Assembly (NCBI GenBank): GCA_037141195.1
Contig: JBAXCZ010000027.1
Location: forward strand, 1 to 26,624
Source: Clostridia bacterium
GTDB lineage: Bacteria > Bacillota > TC1 > JBAXCZ01
Direction of reading: 5' to 3'
Length of the DNA: 26,624 bases
Position numbers and translations under genes: made by a program. Below, piece after piece: positions 8,501 through 17,400 of the stretch. Position 1 is the first letter of the stretch, and each line of letters starts with the position of its first letter. Below the pieces are notes generated by a model. It worked only from the letters and a program-made list of their open reading frames with translations, searched no databases and had not been told where the DNA came from.

Positions 8501-8733
8501 GTTGATGCTGCCGTGGTAAAATTGTCAGCTGTTGATAACTTATATTCCATTGCAGTTGTTGTACCAATTATCTTGCCATTGGTGCTATCATAGTTTGTTG
8601 GGGAAACTGCAACGATACCTGTGGGAGCTGCTTGCTCTAAATTTTCAAACAGATTATAAGCTGCGAAAATTGTGCTAGATAAAAAAGTTATGATCATTAC
8701 ATTCACCAATATTAATCTCATTACTCTTATCAT
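5587..8733 (-). CDS. Large cell-surface protein, 1048 aa. Domain order: signal peptide, three ~70-aa internal repeats, BspA-type leucine-rich repeats, Ig-like regions, and three C-terminal SLH domains.
   Basis: ATG with the SD AGGAG. The signal peptide is MRLILVNVMIITFLSSTIFAA. The motif NGKIIG..AMEYKL....GLAAG.YQVR.QAK.GY.AG recurs three times. The leucine-rich-repeat segment reads ...ITSITLPNSITSIGIQAFDGCNSLVSV.... The C terminus has three SLH motifs (FKDVSQHWAKHAINDM..., FADVQESAWYSGAIATA..., FQDSQQISAWARQDIAKA...). Confidence 0.85.
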   Translation of the reverse strand: MIRVMRLILVNVMIITFLSSTIFAAYNLFENLEQAAPTGIVAVSPTNYDSTNGKIIGTTTAMEYKLSTADNFTTAASTTISGLAAGSYQVRYQAKEGYNAGAIAYITIDPFPYYYSSNLSSAMIIKYYGNATDVVIPATLAGVPVKIIDAGAFQFCTSITSITLPNSITSIGIQAFDGCNSLVSVVLSTSLTTLEDRIFLNCTSLTDITIPINISTIIRRAFLGCTSLARVTMENNATTIGTGAFVSATATPNFITIYGAAKANTYSRSGDAWTIALTEIGAISGVAIVGGKLTAGTLTPAAATVSYKWQAGTENIGTNSASYTVQIADVGKPITVIASGTASYSGIVTSSATEKVIALEQTAPSLSKIDETVASRNDGKIIGVSSAMEYKLLSNATYAAISGSVLNNLAAGTYQVRFQAKAGYKAGEDAEITIASGLANTYTLSITAPSFAAITYGAQQASLQAILITNSGNTNANITNITVSGDSFILRGSGMEVAYGDSINTWTIQPQVNLTAGTHTEAITISYNNMATIVAEVSITVHNAEQIAPIGLESIKTTSYGLSDGKITGTTAEMEYKLATESLYKVAKAAEINGLAAGTYLVRYQAKINYNAGDAVELEIAAGKIATYNYTYTNTDILVNGLEFSGGVTVEDNIGGQSTTTIILDEEKITTRLRIAGEGAVVKIPFNTSSTRVVSQLNGQLIKNLEDKQAIVEMQTPEASYILPASQIKISAISAELGKNLDLKDIKVSIEISKATLEQAQVLENAARLGTFKIFVPAVGFSVSCSYGDKTILINEFSSHVERTIALSAGIDPAKITTSILVEQDGTVRHIPTKIVIQGWGNFAIINSLTNSIYALVGHPIEFKDVSQHWAKHAINDMGSRMVVKGIRKEEFAPNRAITRAEFTAILMRGLGIKTSQGTNSFADVQESAWYSGAIATATAYNLISGYGENEFAPQKKITREEAISLLAKAMQLSGLRVQIQTSEAAELLAKFQDSQQISAWARQDIAKAIQQGIIYGRSTSRLAPKATITRAEATVLIQRLLIKANLI

Positions 8734-8822
8734 TTATCTGCTCCTAGCTAGCTCTGACTATTCTTTTTGTATATATTTTCCCCTATCTAAATTTTTATCC
8801 TTCTCTATTCATTAATACTCCA

Positions 8823-9185
8823 TTACCCATGATTTATGCTCAATCTTGCTAGCATAATTTCTATTTTTTCAGCTTCAAAGGGCAAGAGTAAAAAACCATC
8901 TGCTTCACATTCAAATGCTTCTATTGCATAGGAGCCTTGATTGCTGATAAAGATTACCTTGACTGTTGGATTTAGCCCTCGTAGCTTTGCAGCAAGACTA
9001 AAAGCATTGATTTCAATTTTTCCCATTCTAATCAGTGCCAGACTAGTTGGTACTTCTCGTATGCTTTCTTCAGCAGCTTTTTGTGTAGTGAAAATTCCTT
9101 GACATGACAAGTCTAAATACTTATCTAATATTGTTTTTAGTTCTATTCCATTTTTTCTATCCGGATCTGCAATGAAATATTGCAT
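8823..9185 (-). CDS. Degenerate stand-alone receiver domain (pseudo-receiver), 120 aa
   Basis: It has the REC fold signature (...VKVIFISNQGSYAIEAFECEADGFLLLPF...). The phospho-acceptor position reads LALIRMGK, so Asp is replaced by Arg. The conserved Lys is replaced by Leu (GFLLLPF versus DYLxKPF). ATG start with the SD GGAGG. Confidence 0.7.
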   Translation of the reverse strand: MQYFIADPDRKNGIELKTILDKYLDLSCQGIFTTQKAAEESIREVPTSLALIRMGKIEINAFSLAAKLRGLNPTVKVIFISNQGSYAIEAFECEADGFLLLPFEAEKIEIMLARLSINHG

Positions 9186-9221
9186 AGAGCATAAGCCTCC
9201 TTAAACTTCTCCCTTCATTAT

Positions 9222-9232
9222 ACACCACTAAA
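9222..9232 (-). promoter_or_regulatory. Extended -10 element (TGgTGTATAAT on the minus strand) upstream of the pseudo-receiver gene
   Basis: The minus-strand sequence is tagtgGTGTATAATgaagggagaag, about 35 nt upstream of the SD and ATG at 9185. Confidence 0.3.
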
Positions 9233-9344
9233 CCTAAATAGACCCTAAATGGAATAAGCTTGGCTAGTTTTATATATCCTCTATAGCTCAAACTAGAAGT
9301 GTTTGTTAGCAAATACTGAAACTGTTTCAAGTATATAATATCAT

Positions 9345-10223
9345 TTACTTTTGGTATCTATCGGTAACTTGAAGATTATCCAACACTTCTTGACATTCTA
9401 TAGTAAGCTCCGCTGCTCGTGGATAAGACCATTCATAACCATTTTCCTCTAAATACCCCTGTTGGAGCAATTTTTCTAAAAGTGTAGAATCATCTCTCCT
9501 TCTAAAATTTTTATTCCTTAATTGCTCTTCTAATTGATAGATATCACATTTAATCTGCTCTTGTACGATACGATAATTTCCACGACTGTTTTCTAAAATG
9601 AAGGAGAAACCAATATCTGCTAATTTTTTTCTTAGTAAATAAGTAGTTGCATGAAAATTAGCATGTGCTTTTTCAGCATTATATTCTGGCCAAACTGCAT
9701 CTGCAATCTGCTCCCAATTTAAGGGTATTCCTTTTTTATGTACTAGAAAAGCTAGTACTTCCTTCGCCTTCGAATTCTTCCAGCTAAGCGCTTTCCCGTT
9801 AATGTACATTTCAAAACTTCCTATACATTGCATATATGGTAGAGTTGTTTTTTCTAAGATACTTCTAGGTCTTAGTAATCTTCTTAATATTTTTTCTAGT
9901 CTTTCCAATATTATTGGTTTCATCAGATAATCTACTGCTTGCACATCAAAAGCTTCTACAGCATATTGATTAAAGGCCGTAACAAAAACAATTTCCATCT
10001 TTTCATCTAACTCTAGCAGCTCTTGTGCAAGCTGCAAACCATTTATGCCTGGCATTTCAATATCTAAAAAAACAGCATCAAGCTGTTCTTCACTTAAAAA
10101 ATCTAAAAGCTGTTCCCCAGTTTCAAATAATCCACAAAGTTCTACATCTTTTATTTTTTCCACCATACGAGCAAATCTCTCTAAAACATGCTTTTCATCA
10201 TCTACGGCGGCAATTCTTAGCAT
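9345..10223 (-). CDS. Response regulator with a receiver, an OmpR/SARP-type winged-helix DNA-binding domain and a short BTAD-like C-terminal extension, 292 aa
   Basis: ATG with a strong SD (GAAGGAGGA), 2 bp after the stop of the upstream kinase. The receiver is canonical (VDDE, FLDIEMPG, VTA, DYLMKP). The C-terminal ...EVLAFLVHKKGIPLNWEQIADAVWPE...TTYLLRKKL... matches the trans_reg_C fold. The tail RRDDSTLLEKLLQQGYLEE...EW is BTAD-like. Confidence 0.85.
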   Translation of the reverse strand: MLRIAAVDDEKHVLERFARMVEKIKDVELCGLFETGEQLLDFLSEEQLDAVFLDIEMPGINGLQLAQELLELDEKMEIVFVTAFNQYAVEAFDVQAVDYLMKPIILERLEKILRRLLRPRSILEKTTLPYMQCIGSFEMYINGKALSWKNSKAKEVLAFLVHKKGIPLNWEQIADAVWPEYNAEKAHANFHATTYLLRKKLADIGFSFILENSRGNYRIVQEQIKCDIYQLEEQLRNKNFRRRDDSTLLEKLLQQGYLEENGYEWSYPRAAELTIECQEVLDNLQVTDRYQK

Positions 10224-10225
10224 GT

Positions 10226-12916
10226 TTATTTTTCCTCCTTCGCAAATAATATTTTTACACAGGTACCTATACCTAGCTCGCTACTAATTGCAAGATAGTT
10301 CCCATATAATCTCTGAAGTCGATTATTTATATTAACAATGCCTACCCCTTTTTCTATCCTATCCTCTGAAAAAATTGTTGCCAGCTTTTCCACATTCATG
10401 CCAATACCATCATCTCTAATCTCTATTTCCAAGTTTCCATCGCTCTGCACGATACTCAAATAAACGGTTCCACCATCCAATTTTTTTGAAATTCCATGAC
10501 GAACTGCATTTTCGACTAAGGGTTGAAGCATCAATACTGGAAGTTGATAGCTTAAAGGTATCTCAATTTTTTTTACTAGTTTAATTTTATTACCAAAGCG
10601 TGCCTCTTCAATATGAAAATATGTATCTACAAATTCTAATTCTTTTTCTAAGCTAACCATTTTATCTAGATTGTTGAACTCTAGACTACCTCTTAAATAT
10701 ACTGCTAAATCAAGAATTAATTTGCTTGCTTTGCTACCATCCTTTTCACAAATATTGGCAATAGCATTTAGGGCATTATAAAGGAAATGTGGCTTAATTT
10801 GAGCTTGCAGAAAAGCTGTTTCAGTTTCCATAATTTTATCCTTCAGTTTAGCTGACTCTTTTAATAGTTGTTCTTCGATAATTCGTTTTTTTACATTAAC
10901 CAGCATCTGGGCAAAGATTACCAATAATTCCTTCTCCCGCTCGGTATATGCATGCATGCTTTTCACAGCATCAAAACCTACAAAACCTATTAAAATACCC
11001 TCACTAAGCATTGGAACTGTTATCAAGCTCTTGATTCCTTGGGGTTCAAGTACTTCTCTTAAGCCTCCCATCTCATCTTTGGGTAACAAGCTAACATCAT
11101 CCACATAAAAAGCCTCTCCTAATACATGCTTTTCTACCCATTGAGAAACGACTTTTAATGAAATATTTTGCAGGTTCATCTTTTCAGCATTGATGCCATC
11201 TCTACACCATTCATAGGTGTTAGAGGTAGTATCTTTTATAAAATCATATTCGAAAATATATGATCTATCAGCCCCCACAAATTCTGCTATCTCTTGCAGT
11301 GACTTTTCCATGGTATTTCCAAATTCCGACAAATCTATATTGATGTAGACAGATGATATTTTTAGGATTAAATCTTGCATCTTGGAATAATATTCAATTT
11401 GTTCTTCTTGCTTTTTCTTAGCTGTGATATCTCTCATAATTCCATCAACTCTAATGGGGTGTTGATTAATGTCGAAAATTAGCTTCAGCCTTTCATCAAT
11501 CCAAATTATTTCCCCATCAGCTCTAATAATTCTAAATTCTAATTGAGAATCACCCAATTTTTCCAACGCTTCTAAATTTTTTTCCACGCTCTTTCTATCC
11601 TCAGGATAAATTAATTCAATCCACTTAAAGGTTTTTTCATTTATAACTTTATCTTCCAGACCATATAAAGCTTGCACCGATGGACTAATATATAATCTTT
11701 CCAAACTTGGCCATACAGCAGACCACACTACATCGCGCATATTACTCATGATGCTACTAAACTTCTCCTCTGTCTTAAACAATTCTCCTTCGATTTTTCG
11801 GATATCTGTTATGTCATTCATCACTGTCAAATAAGACTGTTCTAGCTGATTGTCAATCATTTCTCCAGAAAAAAGACCATCTAAGATTCCTCCATCTTTT
11901 TTCCTAGCTTGCAGTTCAAAGTTTGTTAATTTACCTACTTGTTGAAGAACCTTCTGAGCCTCTGCCTGCTTTGAATTTTCAATGAATAGACCAAGCTCTA
12001 TACTTGTTTTTCCAATGACCTCTTCCTTTGTATAACCTAGCTTTTTTAAAAATGTTGAGTTAACATCTGTAAACTTATCGTTTTGCATATTTGTTAATGC
12101 CATTAATGCTGGGTTATTATCAAATATTTTTTGAAATTTATCAAAAGCTGCCTGTTGCAAGGTTAAATCTTTGGAAATGCCAAAAATGCAGTCCATCCCA
12201 TCCCATTTACCAAACCATACTCTCGTTTCCACTGATAAAAAGCTTTTATCTTTTCTACCAAGTGGCAAGGGACAAGTGCTTCGCTTGCCTGCAAACATAT
12301 CTCCAAAAATCTGTTCTGCCTCAGCTCTTTTTTCTGCTGGATGCACATCGAGAATATGCATGCCGATTAGCTCTTCCATCTTATATCCCAGCTTAGTAAT
12401 TGCCGCTGTATTGGCATAGATAATTCTGCCTTCTGGATTACCAACTAGGAAGATATCATCTACAGTTTCAAAAAATGTGCGAAAGTTAGCTTCACTCTCT
12501 TTTAACTTATTTTCGACATTTCTATGCTCGCTAATATCTTCGAAAAGATAGAAACGCCCAAAGTAATCATCGTCATCTCCGCGCATTTGAGTAGAAAATC
12601 TGCGTATTGTTCTTCCATCTAAAAAAGGGATATAATCTTCAATCGTAATACGATTTTCTTCACTTTGTAATGGCTTACAAGATTCAGCAAAGGCTGGCAC
12701 ATCTGCTAAAACAGCCAGACAGTCTGGTAAAATCTGATTATTTGTCAGTTCTCCCCTTTGCATTTTTGCTTCTAAGTGTGTTATTCCCCAGATTTCACAA
12801 AACTTATGATTAAAATGCAAAATCTCATCGGTGCGATTGTCCACCACTAAAAGGGCAAGTGTAGAGATGCTCGACATCAATTTTAAAAATAATTCATTTT
12901 CTATTTTTTTACTCAT
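10226..12916 (-). CDS. Cytoplasmic sensor histidine kinase: a PAS x4-GAF sensor fused to a LytS/YehU-type transmitter (His_kinase PF06580 plus HATPase_c), about 897 aa
   Basis: There are no transmembrane segments. The GAF segment contains IAEFVGADRSYIFEYDF. The transmitter has LQAQIKPHFLYNALNAIANIC, the PF06580 signature. The ATPase has ENAVRHG...DDGIGM. The ORF-track start at 12988 is a TTG extension. I place the start at ATG 12916 (MSKKIENELFLK), which aligns with the paralog's N-terminus and has a GGAG upstream. Confidence 0.85.
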   Translation of the reverse strand: MSKKIENELFLKLMSSISTLALLVVDNRTDEILHFNHKFCEIWGITHLEAKMQRGELTNNQILPDCLAVLADVPAFAESCKPLQSEENRITIEDYIPFLDGRTIRRFSTQMRGDDDDYFGRFYLFEDISEHRNVENKLKESEANFRTFFETVDDIFLVGNPEGRIIYANTAAITKLGYKMEELIGMHILDVHPAEKRAEAEQIFGDMFAGKRSTCPLPLGRKDKSFLSVETRVWFGKWDGMDCIFGISKDLTLQQAAFDKFQKIFDNNPALMALTNMQNDKFTDVNSTFLKKLGYTKEEVIGKTSIELGLFIENSKQAEAQKVLQQVGKLTNFELQARKKDGGILDGLFSGEMIDNQLEQSYLTVMNDITDIRKIEGELFKTEEKFSSIMSNMRDVVWSAVWPSLERLYISPSVQALYGLEDKVINEKTFKWIELIYPEDRKSVEKNLEALEKLGDSQLEFRIIRADGEIIWIDERLKLIFDINQHPIRVDGIMRDITAKKKQEEQIEYYSKMQDLILKISSVYINIDLSEFGNTMEKSLQEIAEFVGADRSYIFEYDFIKDTTSNTYEWCRDGINAEKMNLQNISLKVVSQWVEKHVLGEAFYVDDVSLLPKDEMGGLREVLEPQGIKSLITVPMLSEGILIGFVGFDAVKSMHAYTEREKELLVIFAQMLVNVKKRIIEEQLLKESAKLKDKIMETETAFLQAQIKPHFLYNALNAIANICEKDGSKASKLILDLAVYLRGSLEFNNLDKMVSLEKELEFVDTYFHIEEARFGNKIKLVKKIEIPLSYQLPVLMLQPLVENAVRHGISKKLDGGTVYLSIVQSDGNLEIEIRDDGIGMNVEKLATIFSEDRIEKGVGIVNINNRLQRLYGNYLAISSELGIGTCVKILFAKEEK
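10886..12902. repeat. About 2.0 kb segmental duplication, copy A. It encodes the sensor module of the LytS-type kinase. Copy B is at 16330-18344.
   Basis: Direct DNA alignment holds across the span at an offset near 5442 bp with small indels. The segment 10891-10935 reads tttttttacattaaccagcatctgggcaaagattaccaataattcc. The segment 16331-16378 reads ttttttcacattaaccagcatctgcgcaaagattactaataattcc. The proteins are about 85% identical from IENELFLK to LVNVKKRI. Confidence 0.75.
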
Positions 12917-13256
12917 TTTCTTCTTTTCTCCTTCTATTTTCAAGCGCTTTAACCTCCGAAGCTTAGCTAAATGTGAATCTCTCCGCAAGTTGATGTACTG
13001 TTAGAACAATCCTCATAAATCACTATACTTGCTTTTGATAATATGTTCTCAGCTTATAGGCTTCTTAAAATAAAATAACCCGTAGCTGGAAAATACAGTG
13101 TTATTCATATATTAGGATGCTGCAATATTTGTCTCTGAACTATTATTACTGTCAGGTGATTTTGGTAAACAAGCTATCCAGAAATTCAACTTTATAAATC
13201 ATATTCTATGCTAAATAACTCACTGTCACAATATTTTTTTAGTTCTATTATAAACA

Positions 13257-13302
13257 AAACAGCTAGGCTTATGCAGTTAATTATGCCTAAGACTAGCTGT
13301 TT
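13257..13302 (-). terminator. Candidate terminator hairpin downstream of the HD-GYP regulator gene
   Basis: A 10-bp stem AAACAGCTAG / CTAGCTGTTT encloses a structured 26-nt loop with an inner TAGGC/GCCTA stem. It lies 43 bp past the stop at 13345. The flanks are only moderately U-rich. Confidence 0.35.
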
Positions 13303-13344
13303 ATTTTAAATTTAAAGTTCATTAATCTCTTAGCTATTGTTAAA

Positions 13345-14433
13345 TTATTCATTATACATTGCGATAAATTCTTGCTCACAAGCTAAAAAACCTTCTACCA
13401 CAGTAGGATCAAAGTGACTTCCGCTATCTTTTATAATAATATTTCTGCTAATTTCATGGCTAAGAGCTTCTTTATATGGCCTTTTTGTTCTAATAGCATC
13501 ATAGGCATCAGCGAGCGCAACGATGCGAGCTGCTATTGGGATAGCTTCGCCTGCTAATCCATCGGGATATCCTTTACCATTCCATTTTTCGTGATGAGAA
13601 CGTGCTATTTCAAAACCCGTCTTAGTAAATTTGTTTTGTGGGTATTTATCAACAACCTCACTAAGAGTTTTTTCTCCTATTAATGTGTGCTTTTTAATCT
13701 CTTCAAATTCTGTATCTGTTAATTTACCAGGCTTTAAGAGAATACTATCTTTAATTCCCACTTTACCAATATCATGCAGAAGGCTTGCTTTCTCAATAAC
13801 ACTAATAACTTCAGCTGTTAAGATATTTTTATACTCAGCCTTTTTACTTAACTCTGCAGCCAATAACCTGCAACCATTCTGAACCCGTTCTAGATGACCA
13901 CCAGTGTCATCATCCCTAGATTCTGCAAGCTTAGCCAATGCATAGATGGTAGCCATTTGCGCATCAATTACCTCTTCGGTTCGTTCATCTAACTTTATAC
14001 TCAAAGATTTATTTGCCTCAGCTAACTGTTGTTGCAAATTATGGAGATTTAATTGAGTGTTTATCCTTGCTCTGACCTCTTCACATTGAAAAGGTTTTGT
14101 AATATAATCTACCCCACCAAGCTCAAATGCCTTCACTTTATCAAAAGCTTCTCCTAAAGCGCTTACAAAAATTATAGGTATATTTTTTAATTTAGCATCA
14201 CCCTTGATGCGTTTGCATACCTCATAGCCACCCATACCAGGCATGATTACATCTAATAAAACTAAATCAGGCAGTATCTTTGCATCAGATAATAGTTGCA
14301 AAGCTTTTTCACCATTTAAGGCAATTTGACAAATACAATTCACCGGCAAGATGCTTCCCAAGACATCTATTTCTTCTGGGCTGTCATCCACAATTAATAT
14401 TTTTACATTTTTTACTTCAATCGAATTTTTCAA
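13345..14433 (-). CDS. Response regulator with a receiver domain and an HD-GYP c-di-GMP phosphodiesterase domain, 362 aa
   Basis: TTG start with the SD GAGGAG, which overlaps the 3' end of the upstream hybrid kinase. The receiver has ILIVDD..., LLDVIMPGMGGY..., DYITKPF. The HD-GYP domain has LHDIGKVGI...HHEKWNGKGYP. Confidence 0.9.
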   Translation of the reverse strand: MKNSIEVKNVKILIVDDSPEEIDVLGSILPVNCICQIALNGEKALQLLSDAKILPDLVLLDVIMPGMGGYEVCKRIKGDAKLKNIPIIFVSALGEAFDKVKAFELGGVDYITKPFQCEEVRARINTQLNLHNLQQQLAEANKSLSIKLDERTEEVIDAQMATIYALAKLAESRDDDTGGHLERVQNGCRLLAAELSKKAEYKNILTAEVISVIEKASLLHDIGKVGIKDSILLKPGKLTDTEFEEIKKHTLIGEKTLSEVVDKYPQNKFTKTGFEIARSHHEKWNGKGYPDGLAGEAIPIAARIVALADAYDAIRTKRPYKEALSHEISRNIIIKDSGSHFDPTVVEGFLACEQEFIAMYNE

Positions 14434-14449
14434 AGTTTTCTCCTCTGTT

Positions 14450-17400
14450 TTAATCTAATTCTTTTAAGATTTGTAAAGCGGCTTCAAATCTATAGTCGTC
14501 TAAACAGGCTTTTATATCTAAAAATTTTTCATTGGAATTTAAGCATTCAGTTTGCCTCAGAATTCCCTCTAAACAATTCACTGAGGCCATATCATTTTCC
14601 TGTAATAAAAGTGCAAGTTCTTTTTTAAGTGAGCTAATACTCGAGAAATCAGCTATTCCTATAGGATTTCCTTTAGCAACTAACTTTCTATCGTTCAAGT
14701 TACCAAGTGCATTAAATGCCTCTAATAGCGCTTCATCTAAATCGTCTGTTAAAACATTTAACTCAGCTAACTGCTTATTTTTCAGAGCATTTTCTAGTGC
14801 TATAGCACTTTTAACTACCTTCTCCGCCGCAATGTGTCCCGCTACACCCTTTACTGTATGTACAAGCCTCTCAGCTATTTCTAACTTGCCACAGCTTAAA
14901 GCTTTCTTGATATCTACTATAGTGCTATATTGATTTTTATGAAATTTTCTTAAGATTTTTTTTAAAAGCTCTTCATTATATTCTAAACTCGAAAGTGCTT
15001 TGAGATAATCAATCCCCGCAGGCTCTAATACTTTAACTATCTCGCGCGTTAATTCATCTAACACTATTTTTTCTTCTATGGGGTGATATTCTACAAATTC
15101 TTCAGCTACTGCCAATACATTCGGAATCGAACTGTGCTTGTGCCACAATGCCATTTTATTAAAAAGTACCACTGTAGTAATTGGCTTACTGATAAAATCG
15201 TTGATTCCTGCCTCAAGACATTTTTCTTTCTCATCTAAAAATGAGCTGGCTGATACTGCAATGATTGGTAAATCTTCAAAGCTCCTGAATTTTCTTATTT
15301 CCTTTGTGGCTTGATATCCATCCATATCAGGCATTCTAATATCCATTAATACCATATCATAATTTTTCTTCTTAATATAGGCAACTGCTGCTGCACCACT
15401 ATGTGTCATAGTCACTTTAATTTTTGCTAAATGCAGTATTTCAAAAAGTACATCCTGATTAAGCTCGTTATCCTCAACTACTAAAACATGCATACCCTCT
15501 AATTGCTCTATTATTTCTCGTCTTGGAGCTTTGAAAATGAACTGATTATTTGGTTCAAGAATTCCGTAATTTTTATTGATATGATTAAAACAAGCCGTAA
15601 AGAAAAAAGTGCTTCCACTGCCTATTTCACTCTGGAACCATATTTCACCTCCGAATAGCTCAACATATTTTTTAGTTATGGCAAGGCCTAAACCTGTTCC
15701 ACTATAGCTTCTACTATTTTCAGTGTCTACTTGATAGAATGGTTCAAATATATGTTTCCCTACTTCCTCCTCAATCCCAATTCCTGTATCTCTAATAGAA
15801 AAGTGCAGTCTAAGATAATCTTTACAATTTTCTGCCACTTTTACCCTAACTACAACTTCACCTTTATTGGTATACTTTACCGCATTACTTAACAAATTTG
15901 CTAAAATTTGTTGTAACCGTATGCTATCTCCAATAAGATTTGATGGCACATTTTCCTCAATATTTATGAGTATTTTTAGCCCCTTTAGCTCAATAATTTG
16001 CTGCAAGAGATTCGCAGCAGCATCTAAGCTTGCTCTTAGGTTAAATCGTTCTGTACGCAAGATTACATTTTTAGATTCAATTTTATCTAAATCCAGAATA
16101 TCATTGATTATTGCTAACAAAAGCTTCGATGAACTTTTGATTTTATCTAAATAATCATGTTGCTTCTCTGTTAAGGTAAAGTTATTGAGCAATTCTACAT
16201 AGGCAATTAATCCATTAATTGGCGTACGAATTTCATGGCTCATATTGGACAAAAATTGAGTTTTGATATTATTTGCTCTGATTGCCTCCTCATTAGCCAA
16301 GTGTAAACTTTGCTCGGTGTTAATCCGTTTTTTCACATTAACCAGCATCTGCGCAAAGATTACTAATAATTCCTTCTCCTTATCAGTGTAAAAATGTTTG
16401 CTTTTCACAGCATCAAAACCTACAAACCCTATTAAAATACCGTCGCTAAGCATTGGAACTGTTATCAAGCTCTTGATACCTTGAGGTTCAAGTACCTCTC
16501 TTAAGCCTCCAATACCATCTTGGGGTAGCAAACTAACATCGTCTACATAAAAAGCTTCTCCTAGTGCATGCTTTTCTACCCATTGAGGAATAGCAACTAA
16601 CGGAATATTTTGTAAATTCATAATTTCAGCATTGATGCTTTCACTACACCATTCATGTGTGTTAGAGGTAGTGTTTTTTACAAAGTCATAGTCGAAAATA
16701 TATGATCTGTCTGCCCCTACAAATTCTGCTAGCTCTTGCAGTGATTCTTCTAAGATATTTTCGAATTCTGACAAATCTATATTGATGTAGACAGATGATA
16801 TTTTTAAGATTAAGTCTTGCATCGTTGAATAATATTCAATTTGCTCATCTTGCTTTTTCTTAGCCGTAATATCCCGAATAATTCCATCAACCCTAATCGG
16901 CTGTTTATTCCGATCATAAATCAGCTTCATTCGTTCATCGACCCAAATTATTTCCCCATTGGCTCTAATAATTCTAAATTCATGTTGAGAATTCCCCAAT
17001 TCTTCTAGAGTTGCTAACTTGTTTGACAAACTCTGTTTATCCTCTGGATGAATAAATTCATTCCAGTTGAAGGTATTTTTATTAACTACACACTCATCTA
17101 CTCCGAACAAGTCTTTTGCTGATGGACTAACATAAAAATTTTCCAAGCTAGGCCAAGCAGAAGACCAGACAAAATCCAGCATATTATTCATAATACTGCT
17201 AAAATTCTCCTCTGTTTTGACCAAGTCTCTTTCGATTTTTCTAATTTCAGTTATGTCATTCATTACTGTTAAATAAGATTGCTCTAGCTGATTGTCGATT
17301 ATCTCACCAGAAAAAAGACCATCTATAATTCCTCCGTCTTTTTTCTTCGCTTGTAATTCAAAATTTATTAATTTTCCTTCTTGTAGTAGTACATTAAGCG

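Noticed and set aside
12163-12348. 61-aa minus-strand ORF
   Set aside because: It is in an alternative frame entirely inside the LytS-type kinase gene and has no SD.
12917-12988. N-terminal extensions in the ORF track (10226-12988, also 21166-21837, 22158-22592, 23167-25206, 25250-26488)
   Set aside because: The listed starts are TTG or GTG longest-ORF starts without a ribosome-binding site. Internal ATG or TTG codons with good SDs were preferred. For the kinase, the chosen start also aligns with the paralog's N-terminus.
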